A DNA stretch of 64,000 bases from Acidimicrobiia bacterium (GTDB lineage Bacteria > Actinomycetota > Acidimicrobiia > Acidimicrobiales > CAIXPF01), in contig CANJRG010000010.1 in assembly GCA_947476745.1 (NCBI GenBank), positions 78,247-142,246 on the forward strand. The letters are read 5' to 3'. Positions 63,333 to 64,000 of the stretch are shown in pieces. Position 1 is the stretch's first letter, and every line of letters starts with the position of its first letter. Below the pieces are notes generated by a model. That model searched no databases. It saw only the letters and a program-made list of their open reading frames with translations, and was not told the origin of the DNA. A program made the translations under genes and the position numbers.

Positions 63333-64000
63333 ATGGTCCTCTCCCTGGCCCTGGTGGCCGACTTCGTGCTGATCATGGCGCGGACCATGGCCTGGATGTA
63401 CGCCGCACCGGTGTTCTCCGACCGCGGCTTCTCCACCTTTGCCCGCACCACCACCGCCCTGGGCCTGTCGGTGTTCCTCGTCTCGTTGATCTCCCCGACC
63501 TCGCTGAGCACCACGCCGGTCGGCTCGACCGCCACCGCCACCCTGGGCGGCTTCGCCCTGCTCGCGGCGGGGCAGATCGCCGCCGGGCTGGTGATGGGCT
63601 GGGTCGCCAGTGCGCTGCTCGCGGCGTTCGAGGCCGCCGGCAGCATCATCGACCTCAACTCCGGCTTCGCCCTGTCGGCATTGTTCGACCCGCAGTCGGG
63701 CAACCAGGTGGCGGTGTTCTCGCGCTTCACCCGGCTGTTATTCGTGACGCTGCTATTCGCCACCGGCGCCTTCCGTCAGCTGGTGTCGGGCTTCATCCTG
63801 AGCTTCCAAGCAGTCCCGCTGGACAAGATGCCGCAATTCTCCTTCGACATTCCCCTCGTGGTGGACCTGCTGAGCACCATGCTGCTGGCGAGCCTGCAGA
63901 TCGCCGCCCCGGTCCTCGGCGCCCTGTTCCTCACCGAGGTGACCCTGGCCATCGCCCAGCGTTTCGCCCCGACCGCCAATGTGTTCATCCTCGGCCTGCC
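63333..64000 (+). CDS. fliR: flagellar type III export gate protein FliR (3' end beyond window)
   Basis: It is not in the ORF track because no stop lies within the window. My translation from ATG 63333 is MVLSLALVADFVLIMARTMAWMYAAPVFSDRGFS...GSIIDLNSGFALSALFDPQSGNQVAVFSRF, which is FliR-like. It starts 3 nt after the fliQ stop. Confidence 0.85.
   Translation, partial: MVLSLALVADFVLIMARTMAWMYAAPVFSDRGFSTFARTTTALGLSVFLVSLISPTSLSTTPVGSTATATLGGFALLAAGQIAAGLVMGWVASALLAAFEAAGSIIDLNSGFALSALFDPQSGNQVAVFSRFTRLLFVTLLFATGAFRQLVSGFILSFQAVPLDKMPQFSFDIPLVVDLLSTMLLASLQIAAPVLGALFLTEVTLAIAQRFAPTANVFILGL

Overview
This is a high-GC chromosomal segment (third codon positions are almost always G/C). It is almost certainly from Actinomycetota. 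It carries two WhiB-family genes, and its gene order matches mycobacteria: tsaE-tsaB-rimI-tsaD-groES-groEL ... guaB3-guaA, pcrA ... sucCD ... purH, and ppk-NUDIX. I call about 62 protein genes. They are densely packed, and many are chained by ATGA/GTGA stop-start overlaps. I found no rRNA or tRNA genes, no CRISPR array, and no recognisable transposase, integrase or phage gene.

Gene content is mostly core metabolism and housekeeping:
- Phosphate and polyphosphate: pstB (partial) and ppk.
- Central metabolism: a three-subunit type-B succinate dehydrogenase (sdhCAB), mdh and sucCD.
- Biosynthesis: argJ, purH, metF, and guaB3-guaA.
- Ion handling: an H+-pyrophosphatase, nhaA and terC.
- DNA repair, chaperones and tRNA modification: pcrA, groES-groEL with a perfect CIRCE operator, and the t6A genes.
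- Transport: a MacB/FtsX-type ABC exporter.
- Unknown function: a VWA / ChlI-like AAA+ pair.

The last ~6 kb switches to a flagellar module: a HEXXH protein, then fliC, fliM, fliN, fliO, fliP, fliQ and fliR (running off the window).

I did not find a convincing new multi-gene (for example defence-type) system. The most unusual things I can actually see are:
1. A family of mismatch-free short tandem duplications. Two of them reiterate the stop-codon-containing 3' end of a gene: sucD (26 bp x 4.3) and a hypothetical gene (20 bp x 2).
2. A GH1-like protein that has lost both catalytic glutamates. It sits inside the split VWA/AAA+ pair.
3. A FliM that cannot carry the N-terminal CheY-binding peptide.
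4. A coding-like 91-codon ORF placed in frame directly behind the pcrA TAG stop.
5. Two abutting coding-like frames that look like a frameshifted small membrane-protein gene.

All functional calls rest on motifs and family resemblance read by eye from the translations. No database search was run.
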